A DNA stretch of 64,000 nucleotides, taken from assembly GCA_013152275.1 (NCBI GenBank), contig JAADGS010000036.1:12-64011 (forward strand). The letters run 5' to 3'. The notes under the pieces are model-generated. The model was not told where the DNA came from. It saw nothing but the letters and a program-made list of their open reading frames with translations, and did not search any database. Shown piece by piece: positions 38,292 to 48,129 of this stretch; position 1 is the stretch's first letter; the number at the start of each line of letters is the position of its first letter. The position numbers and the translations under genes were made by a program. This DNA is from Actinomycetota bacterium (GTDB lineage: Bacteria > Actinomycetota > Acidimicrobiia > Spongiisociales > UBA4744).

Positions 38292-39860
38292 TCAGTTCCA
38301 CAGGTAGGAGCCCCAGGTGAGATTCCCCCAGGTGAGGTTCCCCCAGGTGAGATTGCCCCAGGTGAGGTTGCCCCAGGTGAGATTGTCCCAGGACCCGTCG
38401 ACGGCGTTCGGGTCGTAGGCTCCGGGGTTCGTTGCGGGCTGCCACTCTTGTGTCGTGTCGGGTGTTGGGGCTTTGTACGCCGCTTTCAGATTGATGAGCC
38501 CTGCGCCCTGACAAAGAGCCGATGCTTCAGGGATGGGGCGTGCCGTCGAGGTCAGCAGCGCCTTGACCTGGTCGGGCGTGAGATCCGGACGTTGCTGCAG
38601 CAGCAACGCCGACGAACCTGAGACGATCGCTGCCGCCTGTGATGTGCCCGTGCCCCGGAAGAATCGATCGCCGACACGCGCTTCGGGATAGAAGTAGTCG
38701 GCGAAGGAGCCAGGATCGCGAAGACTGATGATCGAGTGACCGGGAGCGATGAGGTCGACCGATCGGTTGCCGGTACCACAGTTCGAGAACTCGGGAACTT
38801 CATCGTCTCTGACGGTCGATGTGCCCTGCGGGTCATCGGCTCCGACCGCGATCACGAACGGGTCGAACGCCGGGCTTCGCAACGCCGCATCGTTTCCATC
38901 GTTTCCGGCGGCCACGACGACCACGATGCCGGCCTTCCATGCCGCCTCGACGGCGTAGGCGAGCGGTTCATAGCGGTAGTCCTGGTCGCTGTCGACGCTG
39001 AATGCGAGGTTCAACACCCGCACGTTCATGTCGTTGTCGTCGCGATGTTTGACGACCCATCCGATTGCCGCGATCACCTGGGAGATATCGGCCTCCCCGG
39101 CCGCATCACCCACCTTGACGTTGAGGATCCGGGCCCCCGGCGCCACGCCGACGAAATGGCGTTTGAGGTCCCTGTTCCTGGGGATGTTTGGCACGCCATC
39201 GTCACGTCCTGCGATGATGCCCGCCAGGTGCGTGCCGTGACCGTAGGCGTCCAGATACCGAAGATTCTCATATGAGGATTCCAGCGACAGGTCCGGTCCA
39301 TTGATGATCTTGCCGGGAACCGTCAGGCCAGGTACCGGGACGATGCCGGTATCGATCATGGCCACCGTCACACCGGCACCCGTGTAGCCGCGACGCCAGA
39401 AATACGTCGAGTTGATCACCCGCTTGTTGATCTTGTACATCGAGCCGTCGTCGGTCCTGTCGTGCGTCTCCCATCTGGACACACGCATGTGGGCGTTCGG
39501 AGTGACCGAACGAACGCCCGGATCGGCTGCAAGGGTCTCTACGGCGCTCTCAGGAAGGATCGCGGAGAAGCCGTTGATGATCTCGAGCCGCTGCTCGACC
39601 CGACCGCCGAGATCCTCGACGAGGGATTGCGGTCCCTCGCCTGCTCCCGGCATTTCGACGACCACGACCGGGACACCTGTGCTGTCATCGGCGAGAGCCG
39701 GACTGGCCGAGGCCAGTGGCAACAGTGCCACGATCATGAACACGATGGCGGCGATGACACCGAGTCTCCGCCTGGGAGAAAGACTCGAGTCGAGGATCTC
39801 TGCTGCAGGAACGCTGGTAGGACGAGTGGAACCGGCAGTCGAGAACGGGTGGATATCCAT
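38292..39860 (-). CDS. secreted subtilisin-like serine protease (S8) with I9 propeptide and C-terminal W-x4 repeats
   Basis: Signal peptide. Catalytic triad motifs AMIDTGI, GHGTHLAGII and GTGTSQAAAIVSG. The C-terminus is SWDNLTWGNLTWGNLTWGNLTWGNLTWGNLTWGSYLWN. Confidence 0.9.
   Translation of the reverse strand: MDIHPFSTAGSTRPTSVPAAEILDSSLSPRRRLGVIAAIVFMIVALLPLASASPALADDSTGVPVVVVEMPGAGEGPQSLVEDLGGRVEQRLEIINGFSAILPESAVETLAADPGVRSVTPNAHMRVSRWETHDRTDDGSMYKINKRVINSTYFWRRGYTGAGVTVAMIDTGIVPVPGLTVPGKIINGPDLSLESSYENLRYLDAYGHGTHLAGIIAGRDDGVPNIPRNRDLKRHFVGVAPGARILNVKVGDAAGEADISQVIAAIGWVVKHRDDNDMNVRVLNLAFSVDSDQDYRYEPLAYAVEAAWKAGIVVVVAAGNDGNDAALRSPAFDPFVIAVGADDPQGTSTVRDDEVPEFSNCGTGNRSVDLIAPGHSIISLRDPGSFADYFYPEARVGDRFFRGTGTSQAAAIVSGSSALLLQQRPDLTPDQVKALLTSTARPIPEASALCQGAGLINLKAAYKAPTPDTTQEWQPATNPGAYDPNAVDGSWDNLTWGNLTWGNLTWGNLTWGNLTWGSYLWN
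38311..38385. repeat. 15-bp tandem repeat x5 (CCCCAGGTGAGRTTS) inside the S8 protease 3' end
   Basis: Five head-to-tail units that differ only at positions 12 and 15. They encode the TWGNL repeats on the minus strand. Confidence 0.9.
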
Positions 39861-40322
39861 AGTTCGGGTATCGGCAACAGTCGGAAAAACTTGAGGGAGG
39901 ATGACCACGCTACGCGCGAACACCGTCCCTGTCTCTTTGAGAAATACACGCCAAATACCCAGGTGGGTAAAGGTGTAGGCGCTGTACATGGGATTTGCCG
40001 AGTGTCTGAGGTGGCCACGGACCGTGGTGTTCTGGGTGGATCGGTTCAGCAGGATCCGACCCGCCTGGACGCAAGGTGAACGCACCTGTCAGGCAGGCAC
40101 CAGGTCAACGCTCGGCTTGGCGCAGAGTGTTCGAGCAGACACCCTCGTTCGTATCGGATGCTCCGTCCGACGACTCGGATTCACGCGTCGGGGAGTGTCT
40201 TGTCGCACAGCTCTGTGCGCTCAGGAATCTCGAGGCTTCCCGGCACCTGCCGGGCTCCGCCTCGAGCGGCAAACGGTGCATGGAGGGCAACACTCTGTGC
40301 GAGGGTTCGGTTCCGGCCACGA

Positions 40323-40544
40323 CTACGCTTCCTCGGCCGGGTGATGAAGATCCTCTGTTTTCGGCACCGTTCGGGCATGTCTGCCACGATCCAGGAACAG
40401 GATCCGGATGTCGGGGCTGCCGGTCTCAGGGCCGGGAGGCTCGGTGCCGGAGACCGACGCCGCTGCACACGCACTGCACAGTGCCTCGTCACCGGTGACG
40501 ACCATGGCAGGCGCTGCGCAGCTCGAACAGAAGAGATCGGTCAT
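40323..40544 (-). CDS. small Cx2C-x13-Cx2C zinc-ribbon protein (paralog of 10473..10673)
   Basis: MTDLFCSSCAAPAMVVTGDEALCSACAAAS. DNA-level similarity to locus 1 is visible across the zinc-ribbon region. Weak SD. Confidence 0.4.
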   Translation of the reverse strand: MTDLFCSSCAAPAMVVTGDEALCSACAAASVSGTEPPGPETGSPDIRILFLDRGRHARTVPKTEDLHHPAEEA

Positions 40545-40702
40545 CTCGACAGCTCGGCTCGGGTTTCCGGGTCACTCCTGCATTCGTGCATCACATGCCT
40601 CCGAGTGTTCTTGATGTGGTTATCGGCATGAAGCCCCCGAAAGGGCAGAACCGATCTACTTCGACACCCGGTGACTAGTTCCCGTCGTCGGTTTACCTGC
40701 GC

Positions 40703-42634
40703 CTACGAGACATCGATCCGGTATCTGATCGTGTAGTGCCCCAGCGCCGTAGCGATCGCATCGCGAACCTCGTCCGGCTCGGATCCCTCCGTTCTCACCA
40801 CAGAGATCTCCGCGACGACTCCGTAGCGCGAATCCGGACGCGCGAGCACCTCGACAGATCGTACGCCGTCGATGCCTGCCACCACGTTGTGGAATTCGTC
40901 AACGATCTCGCGCCGTACCAATTCGGGCTTGAAGATCTTGCCGACGGCGGTGAGTGGAATCGTGTCGACGATGCGGATCTGTTTCGGCACCGCGGCGCGC
41001 TCGCCGATATGGTCGCGGGCGAACTCCAGGAGATCATCGACGGTCACCTCGACCCCGGGCTTGAGCTGCACATAGGCGACCGGCATCTCACCGACCCTCG
41101 GATCTGGCCGGCTTACGGCGGCCGCCAGCGCCACCGCAGGGTGCCTGTGCAGAGGCCCTTCGATGAGCTTCGGATCGATGTTGTGGCCACCTCGGATGAT
41201 CAGCTCCTTCTTGCGCCCTGCAAGCCAGAAGTATCCATCGGCGTCCTGGCGTCCGAGGTCGCCGGTGTTGAACCATGGGCGGCCTCCGTCGCAGGTATCG
41301 ACCCAGGCCGTACGGTTGTGCTCGTCGTTCTTGTAGCCGGGCATCACGTTCGGTCCACGAATGATCACGATGCCGATCTCGTCGGTGTCACAGTCCCGCA
41401 CGTACCGATCCTTCTCATCGAGGACGACGGTCTTCATCTCCTGGTACGGGATTCGGAAACCGATCGAGCCGATTCTACGTTCCCCGGCGGCGGGGTTCAC
41501 CGAGCTGACACAGGTCCCTTCGGTCAGCCCGTATCCTTCCAGGATCCGAAGTCCCGTTCGCTCTTCGAACGCCCGGAACACCTCTACGGGCATCGGGGCC
41601 GCCCCGCAGATCGCGAATTGAAGCGAGCCGATGTCCTGGTCTGCCACAGGCACACGGAGCAGACCCGCATAGACGGTGGGGACACCGCTGAAGAAGTTGA
41701 CACCGTAGTGCTCGACGATCTTCCAGAAGTTCTGGAGCAGGTCGGCGTCCCGATAACCCTGCGCTGTGGCGAGAACCGTGGAGGCACCTCTACTCCACGG
41801 GATGAGGCCGGTGACGGTTACGCCGTTGACGTGATAGAGGGGGAGTCCGCACAGCATCACCGTGTCGGGGACGATGTCGAGGATCTCGGCCGACTGCCAG
41901 GTGTCCGCAACCTCGTTGCCGTGTGTGTGTAGTGCCAGCTTCGGTGTGCCGGTCGTTCCACCGGTGTGAAACATCGAGGCGATGTCGTCGGGACGGATGA
42001 CACGTTCGGCGACGAGTCGATCCGCCGGCCTTCCGGTCAGCGCCTCCGCGTAGTCGATCACCTGGACGGAGACGTCGGGGGCACCCGAACGCATCTGGCC
42101 GACGGCCTGCCGCTGCCGTGGCGGCAGGTAGGAAGCGAGATCGATCTGGACGATCGATTCGAGGGTAGGCACCGAATCGGCGATCGCCGCCACCCGATCC
42201 CAGATCGGCACGCCGGGGAATGGCGCCGCGGTCACCAGCACCTTGGTGGCCGCGGCGTTCATGATGTCGGCTATCACCGCCGGTTCGAGCAGCGGGTTGA
42301 TGGGATTGACGATCCCTGCCGCCTCGGCGCCGAAGATCGTGAAGAACCCTTCGGGTAGATTCGGGAGGATCATCGAGACGACATCGTCGGAGCCGACACC
42401 GAGCTCATGGAACAGGTTTGCGGTCCGGGTGATGGCGTCGAGGAACTCCCGGTAGGTCCATGTGACCGGGTGCTCGTACATTGCTCCCTGCAAGAAGAAC
42501 TGCAGGGCCGTCGCATCCGGGTTGATCGCGGCGCCCCGTGCGAGCATCTCGTACGTGCTACCGGCCAGGTTTCGCTCCTCGATCGGAACCGCCTCGATCG
42601 CCTCGATGTCGTGTTGGGTCGTGATCATGCCCAT
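40703..42634 (-). CDS. AMP-forming acyl-CoA synthetase/ligase
   Basis: AMP-binding motif MFHTGGTTGTPKLALHTH, plus GYGLTE and C-terminal GKIFK. Confidence 0.9.
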   Translation of the reverse strand: MGMITTQHDIEAIEAVPIEERNLAGSTYEMLARGAAINPDATALQFFLQGAMYEHPVTWTYREFLDAITRTANLFHELGVGSDDVVSMILPNLPEGFFTIFGAEAAGIVNPINPLLEPAVIADIMNAAATKVLVTAAPFPGVPIWDRVAAIADSVPTLESIVQIDLASYLPPRQRQAVGQMRSGAPDVSVQVIDYAEALTGRPADRLVAERVIRPDDIASMFHTGGTTGTPKLALHTHGNEVADTWQSAEILDIVPDTVMLCGLPLYHVNGVTVTGLIPWSRGASTVLATAQGYRDADLLQNFWKIVEHYGVNFFSGVPTVYAGLLRVPVADQDIGSLQFAICGAAPMPVEVFRAFEERTGLRILEGYGLTEGTCVSSVNPAAGERRIGSIGFRIPYQEMKTVVLDEKDRYVRDCDTDEIGIVIIRGPNVMPGYKNDEHNRTAWVDTCDGGRPWFNTGDLGRQDADGYFWLAGRKKELIIRGGHNIDPKLIEGPLHRHPAVALAAAVSRPDPRVGEMPVAYVQLKPGVEVTVDDLLEFARDHIGERAAVPKQIRIVDTIPLTAVGKIFKPELVRREIVDEFHNVVAGIDGVRSVEVLARPDSRYGVVAEISVVRTEGSEPDEVRDAIATALGHYTIRYRIDVS

Positions 42635-42659
42635 TCCTGCTCCTCTCCGATACTTGGCG

Positions 42660-43625
42660 TCAGTGCCAGTGCCGCAAAGGAAGCCCGGGCACCGGCGAGT
42701 CGAACGTCACCAGGTGGGTCATGGCGAGCGAGCCGAGGTACACCGTGCGCAGATCCGGTCCGGCAAACGTCACGCTGGTCGGAAACTGGAGTGTCGGTCC
42801 CACACACGCGAAGAGGTCTTCCGGTGCGAGCGTGTTCGACTCGATCTTCGCTATGGCGCTTTCCAAAGCGGGCTCGTTCACATCCTCGAAGACGGCGTGA
42901 TAGTCCCCGTCGGGTGTGATGATCCCCAGGCCGTTGCGGGTGATCGGCGTCACCCAGAGGTTGCCCTCGGCGTCGAACGCGAACCCGTCGACGTAGGCGC
43001 CGCGGTCCAGACCGTCGGGCCCGTATACCTCCGCATCGCCGAGGGTGCCGTCCTCGTGCACCGGGAAACGCAGGATCCGTGCCTTCATCGTCTCGGCTGC
43101 GTAGAGGTACCGTTCGTCGGCATCCATCTTGATCTCGTTCGTGAAGTAGATGCCGTCGGCGACGACACGCGGCCCCTTCTCATCCCACAGGATGATGTAG
43201 CCGTCGGGTCGCGGCGCAGCGGCGGCGAGGAACCACGGGTTGGCGCGTGTCGAGATGGAGATCCATATGCGGTCCTTGCTGTCGATGAACACGTCGTTCG
43301 CCGACCCGAGGGGATGACCGTCGATCTCGTCGAGGAGCACCGAATGGTTGCCGTCACGGTCCATGGTGTAGATGGTGCCGTCGCCGATATTCGCGATCGT
43401 GAAGGTCGTTCCGTCGGCGTTGAGGGCGAAGCCGTTGCACTCGGGGCCGATTGAGCCGACAGTGGTCATCGTCCCGTCGGGGTCGATGCGAGTGAGCGCG
43501 CCTCGATTGTCGGGCGTCCATAGCGTTCCGTCGCGTTCGGCGAGCACGTTCTCGGGACGGGCGAGGCCTTCATAGACGAACCGAAGCTCGGAGAGATCGA
43601 GCGTGAAGTCGTTGATCGAACCCAT
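42660..43625 (-). CDS. SMP-30/gluconolactonase/LRE-like beta-propeller protein
   Basis: Six-bladed-propeller-like repeats (ARPENVLAERDGTLW, NGFALNADG, ANDVFIDSKDRIW, TNEIKMDADERYLY). Internal ATG confirmed. Confidence 0.8.
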   Translation of the reverse strand: MGSINDFTLDLSELRFVYEGLARPENVLAERDGTLWTPDNRGALTRIDPDGTMTTVGSIGPECNGFALNADGTTFTIANIGDGTIYTMDRDGNHSVLLDEIDGHPLGSANDVFIDSKDRIWISISTRANPWFLAAAAPRPDGYIILWDEKGPRVVADGIYFTNEIKMDADERYLYAAETMKARILRFPVHEDGTLGDAEVYGPDGLDRGAYVDGFAFDAEGNLWVTPITRNGLGIITPDGDYHAVFEDVNEPALESAIAKIESNTLAPEDLFACVGPTLQFPTSVTFAGPDLRTVYLGSLAMTHLVTFDSPVPGLPLRHWH

Positions 43626-43772
43626 GGGGCACCTCCAGAAGTCGCGAACTGCTCCTGTGCATGCTACGACCGCCCCTGTGGGCATGTTGCCGAAAGATGG
43701 CCTGGCCTCACGACGTTTCCCCGTGAGAGGATGTCACACCATCGCACGTGAGCGAGATCTGGCAGTACGATC

Positions 43773-45323
43773 ATGACGATGAATGCCGATCAGCGGGCGA
43801 TCACAGACGGTTTCCTCTTCACGGACCTGTACCAGCTCACCATGGCGCAGGTCTACTACCGGCTCGGCGTGCATGAGCAGCCCGCCGAGTTCGATCACTA
43901 CTTCCGCTCGTACCCCGATTACGGAAAGCATCAGGCAGGATACGCGGTGAACGCGGGACTCGAATGGCTGCTCGACTGGATGGCCGAGACCCATGTGCAG
44001 GACGCCGACACCGACTACCTGAGAACCCTGACCGGCACCACCGGCAAGCGTTTGTTCGCCGATGACTTCTTGCATTGGCTGCGGATGAATGGGGACTTCT
44101 CCGGGCTCAGCGTCACGGCGATCCCGGAAGGACGCATCATCCATCGCAATGTGCCGATCACGGTGATCGTGGGACCTCTCGCCATGGCGCAAGTGCTGGA
44201 AACATCTCTTCTCAACCGCCTGAACTACCCGACGCTCATCGCCACGAAGGCCTCGCGGGTGCACGAGGCGGGTCGGGGCAGACCGGTGCTCGAGTTCGGG
44301 ATGCGCCGGGGACCGGAACGGGGCACCGATGCGGGGACACGTGCCGCGCTGATCGGCGGCGCCGACTTCAGCTCCAACGTCGGCACATCGGCGACTCTCG
44401 GCCTTCCTGCGAAGGGCACACATGCGCATTCGTTGATTCAACTGTTCCTGGCAAAGGGAGAGGGCGAGATCGATGCCTTTCGAGCCTACGCGGACGTCTT
44501 TCCCGACGACTGCCTTCTCCTCGTCGATACGATCGACACGATCGAGAGTGGCATTCCCAATGCCATCACCGTGTTCGAGGAGCTGCGCCGCAAGGGCCAT
44601 GAGCCGCTTGGGATTCGCCTCGATTCGGGTGATCTCGCCTACCTGGCGATTCAGGCGGCGGCCATGCTCAACGCGGCAGGTTTTCCGAATGCGTCCATCG
44701 TGCTCTCCTCCAATCTGGATGAGCTCGCCATCTGGCAGATTGTCTCTCAGATCGAGGGAGAGGCACCTCGGTACGGTGTGGACGCCGACCGGCTCATCAA
44801 CCGCCTCAGTTATGGCGTCGGAACCCGCCTCATCACCTCACACGGCGACGCGTCCCTCGATGGCGTGTACAAGCTCGTGGCGATCGAAGAGCAGGGGAAG
44901 TGGATGCCGGCGATCAAAGTGTCGGAGTCGCAGGCCAAGATCCCCAATCCCGGCCGGAAGCAGATCTGGCGGCTCTACGACCGGCGAGGCACGGCGACGG
45001 CCGACGTGCTCGGCACCGTCGATGAGCGCCTTTCGATGGATGAGCCGCTGACGCTGCATCATCCGGTCATTCCGACCGCGGTTCGGCGGCTGGAGGCCGG
45101 TGCGATCTCCGAGGTCGAGGTACTGCCTATCCCCGTCGTTCGGGAGGGCAGACGGGTATCGGAGCCGCCGTCCATGGAGGAGCTGCGGAGACGCCGGATT
45201 GCCGACCTCGATCGTCTCGATCCCGGGGTGCGGCGACTCATCAACCCGCACGTCTATCACGTGTCGCTCACCGAAGCGATGTGGAACCTGAAGGTCGGGC
45301 TCGTTCGCTCACTGCGAGTGTGA
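43773..45323 (+). CDS. pncB: nicotinate phosphoribosyltransferase
   Basis: N-terminal [15 protein letters not shown] and central GMRRGPERG...GTHAHS motifs typical of the NAPRTase family. Confidence 0.88.
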   Translation: MTMNADQRAITDGFLFTDLYQLTMAQVYYRLGVHEQPAEFDHYFRSYPDYGKHQAGYAVNAGLEWLLDWMAETHVQDADTDYLRTLTGTTGKRLFADDFLHWLRMNGDFSGLSVTAIPEGRIIHRNVPITVIVGPLAMAQVLETSLLNRLNYPTLIATKASRVHEAGRGRPVLEFGMRRGPERGTDAGTRAALIGGADFSSNVGTSATLGLPAKGTHAHSLIQLFLAKGEGEIDAFRAYADVFPDDCLLLVDTIDTIESGIPNAITVFEELRRKGHEPLGIRLDSGDLAYLAIQAAAMLNAAGFPNASIVLSSNLDELAIWQIVSQIEGEAPRYGVDADRLINRLSYGVGTRLITSHGDASLDGVYKLVAIEEQGKWMPAIKVSESQAKIPNPGRKQIWRLYDRRGTATADVLGTVDERLSMDEPLTLHHPVIPTAVRRLEAGAISEVEVLPIPVVREGRRVSEPPSMEELRRRRIADLDRLDPGVRRLINPHVYHVSLTEAMWNLKVGLVRSLRV

Positions 45324-45362
45324 CAGGGCGTCGCGGCGCGACCGGGCCGTTTCCATCAGGCG

Positions 45363-47669
45363 TTACGAGTTCGACATGGCACGCCAGATCGTCTCCGAGG
45401 TGAACGGCGGTTTCGTCAACCGGACACCCACGGCGTCGTAGATGGCGTTGGCGAGGGTGGGGATCGGGGCGTTGATACCGATCTCCGCGATGGACTTGGC
45501 CCCCATCGGTCCGGTATCTTCGTATGTCTCGACGAGGATCACTTCCAGGGGGGGCATGTCCGTCGTCGCGGGGATCTTGTAGCGGCCGAGGTCCGGGTTG
45601 CGCATGCGGCCGTACTTGTCGAAACGCATCTCTTCCATCAGCGCATACCCGATTCCATTCGCGATCGCCCCTTCGAGCTGCCCTTCTGCCAGGCGAGGAT
45701 TGATCGGGGTGCCACAGTCGGCTGCGGCGACGTAACTCACGATCTTCAGCTTCCCGGTCTCGACATCGACGGCAACTTCCGCAAACGATGCCAGGAACGG
45801 CGGTGGGGATACGTCGGCGACGAACGAGGCGGTCGCCCCGATCTGGAACTGCTCCACACCGTAGAGAGAGCGCAGGGCCACATCGGAAAGCGTGACACTC
45901 CTGGTGTCTCTCGCGATCACCGTGCCATCGACGAACTCGAGGTCGTCGGCATCGACCTTGAGCATGGCCGAGGCGACTCCGGCGATCTGAGAACGAACGG
46001 TCTCCGCTGCACGCACGACGGCGGAGCCGGATACATAAGTCGTCGACGATGCGTAGGCACCGACGTCGAACGGGGTGACGTCGGTATCGGAGGACAGCAC
46101 GAGGATCTTGGAGAGCGGGACACCGAGTACTTCTGCGGCCATCTGGGCGAGGATGGTGTCCGAGCCGGTCCCCAGGTCCGTTGCACCGATGAGAAGGTTG
46201 AACGAGCCGTCATCGTTCATCTTGATCGTTGCTGCGGCCATGTCGACGGCGGGAATACCGGATCCCTGCATATGGATCGACATGCCGACGCCGTGGATCC
46301 ACGGTCCTTCGCGCCGTCGAGCACCGCGCTTCTCGGCCCAGCCGATACGTTCGGCACCGATCTCGATGCATTCGTCGAGACCACAGCTTCCAACGGTCTG
46401 CGGCACTCCCTTGCGCCCCTCGCCGAGTTCTTCAAAGATCGGACTGGTCTCTCCGGACCGGATGTGGTTGATGCGCCGTAGCTCGAGAGCGTCCATGCCC
46501 AGCTTCTCGGCGAGCAGGTCGATCGCCGTCTCCAATGGGAAGATCCCCTGGGTGGCCCCGTAGCCCCGGTACGCGCCGCCGACGGGAAGGTTCGTGTAGA
46601 TCCCACGGGCGGAGAAGCGCACATTCGGTGCCTTGTTGTACATCGGCAGGGTTTTGGAACCCGTGTTGGAGACGACGGTGAGGTTGTGGGCGCCGTAGGC
46701 TCCGGTGTTCTCGAGCGCCTTCATGTCGATGGCCTGAAGCTGTCCGGTCTCGTCGGCGGCAAGCCGGACGGTCACCCTCATGGGGTGGCGGGTCCGGGAT
46801 GCGTAGAACTCTTCCGCCCTGGTGTATTCGAGACGGCTCGGCATGCCGGTCCGTAGGGTGACGAGACCGACGAGGTCTTCGATGAGGATTTCCTGCTTGA
46901 CGCCGAACCCTCCACCGATACGTGGCTTGATGACGCGGATCCGACTCGCGGGTACTCCCAGGACGCGAGCAATGATCCTGCGCACGTGGAACGGAACCTG
47001 CGTGCTCGTGTACAACACCAGCCGGGCGTTGTCGTCCAGGTAGGCGACCGAGATGTGTGGTTCGAGGGGAACGTGCTGCGCATACTGGGTCTCGCCGGTG
47101 AATTCGGCCGACGCGAAGGCATCGGCGATCGCCTTGTCGACGTCGCCTATGTTTGCCTCGACCGCTCCGGCGATGTTGTGTTCCGCATCCCAGATTCCCG
47201 AAGCGTCGGGTTCGTCGTGGATCACCGGAGCGCCAGGGGCCATGGCCGCGTCGATGGAGAGCACGGGTTCCAGGGGCTCGTAGTCGACTTCGATCAACTC
47301 GAGAGCCTTCTCTGCGACCGCGCGTGAGGCGGCGGCAACGGCGGCAACCCGATCGCCGATGAAGCGGACCTTCTCATCGAACATGCGGGTGTCGTAGGGG
47401 GAGGGTTCGGGATGTCCCTGGCCGGCCGTCGTGTAACGGACGGCGGGGGTGTTGGCATATGTGAGAACGAGTGCGACGCCTTCGAGCGCCTCGGCCTTCC
47501 GGGTGTCGATGGCCTTGATGCGCGCGTGGGCATGCCGGGAGCCGAGCACGGCGATGTGCAACATTCCGGGAAGATCGAGGTCGCCGGCGAACACGGGCTT
47601 GCCGGTGACCAGCGCCCTGCCGTCGACTCGTCGTTCGTTCTGTCCGACGACGTTGAACCTCTCAGTCAT
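45363..47669 (-). CDS. xanthine dehydrogenase family, molybdopterin-binding large subunit
   Basis: RVDGRALVTGKPVFAGDL N-terminus and aldehyde oxidase/XDH a/b-hammerhead plus MoCo domains. 8-nt overlap with the Fe-S subunit gene. Confidence 0.92.
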   Translation of the reverse strand: MTERFNVVGQNERRVDGRALVTGKPVFAGDLDLPGMLHIAVLGSRHAHARIKAIDTRKAEALEGVALVLTYANTPAVRYTTAGQGHPEPSPYDTRMFDEKVRFIGDRVAAVAAASRAVAEKALELIEVDYEPLEPVLSIDAAMAPGAPVIHDEPDASGIWDAEHNIAGAVEANIGDVDKAIADAFASAEFTGETQYAQHVPLEPHISVAYLDDNARLVLYTSTQVPFHVRRIIARVLGVPASRIRVIKPRIGGGFGVKQEILIEDLVGLVTLRTGMPSRLEYTRAEEFYASRTRHPMRVTVRLAADETGQLQAIDMKALENTGAYGAHNLTVVSNTGSKTLPMYNKAPNVRFSARGIYTNLPVGGAYRGYGATQGIFPLETAIDLLAEKLGMDALELRRINHIRSGETSPIFEELGEGRKGVPQTVGSCGLDECIEIGAERIGWAEKRGARRREGPWIHGVGMSIHMQGSGIPAVDMAAATIKMNDDGSFNLLIGATDLGTGSDTILAQMAAEVLGVPLSKILVLSSDTDVTPFDVGAYASSTTYVSGSAVVRAAETVRSQIAGVASAMLKVDADDLEFVDGTVIARDTRSVTLSDVALRSLYGVEQFQIGATASFVADVSPPPFLASFAEVAVDVETGKLKIVSYVAAADCGTPINPRLAEGQLEGAIANGIGYALMEEMRFDKYGRMRNPDLGRYKIPATTDMPPLEVILVETYEDTGPMGAKSIAEIGINAPIPTLANAIYDAVGVRLTKPPFTSETIWRAMSNS

Positions 47670-48129
47670 CGGTGACCTCCCGCATCCTGGCTGCGGCGAG
47701 CTGCACTGCTTCGATCGGTTTGACGTAGCCGGTGCAACGACACAGGTTTCCACGAAGAGCCGCGCGGACGTCGGCTTCGGAGGGATGGGGGTCGCTGTTC
47801 AGCAACGCGGCCGCGCTCAGAAGCATCCCCGGGGTGCAGAATCCGCACTGGACGGCACCCGTATCGAGGAAGGCGTTCTGGAGAGGGTGCAGCACCCCTT
47901 CCGAAGCGAGGCCTTCCACCGTGAGGATTCGCTTGCCGTCTGCCGCCGGAGCCGGGTAGTTGCAGGAGGTGATGGCTCGCCCATCGACGAGTACGGCACA
48001 TGCGCCGCAGTCACCGTTGTCACAGCCGTTCTTGACGCCTTTGAAACCCAGTCTCCTCAGCAGAACGAGCAGACTCTCGCCGGCGCCCACGTGTTCGTCG
48101 AACGGCTGATCGTTGACGGTGAATCTCAC
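47662..48129 (-). CDS. xanthine dehydrogenase family, [2Fe-2S] small subunit
   Basis: CDNGDCGACAV, CGFCTPG and CRCTGY cysteine motifs. The GTG start overlaps the FAD-subunit stop (GTGA). Confidence 0.92.
   Translation of the reverse strand: MRFTVNDQPFDEHVGAGESLLVLLRRLGFKGVKNGCDNGDCGACAVLVDGRAITSCNYPAPAADGKRILTVEGLASEGVLHPLQNAFLDTGAVQCGFCTPGMLLSAAALLNSDPHPSEADVRAALRGNLCRCTGYVKPIEAVQLAAARMREVTDD

Noticed and set aside
38311-38385. CRISPR-like array
   Set aside because: The 15-bp units are directly tandem with no spacers. They lie inside a coding sequence and encode a peptide repeat.
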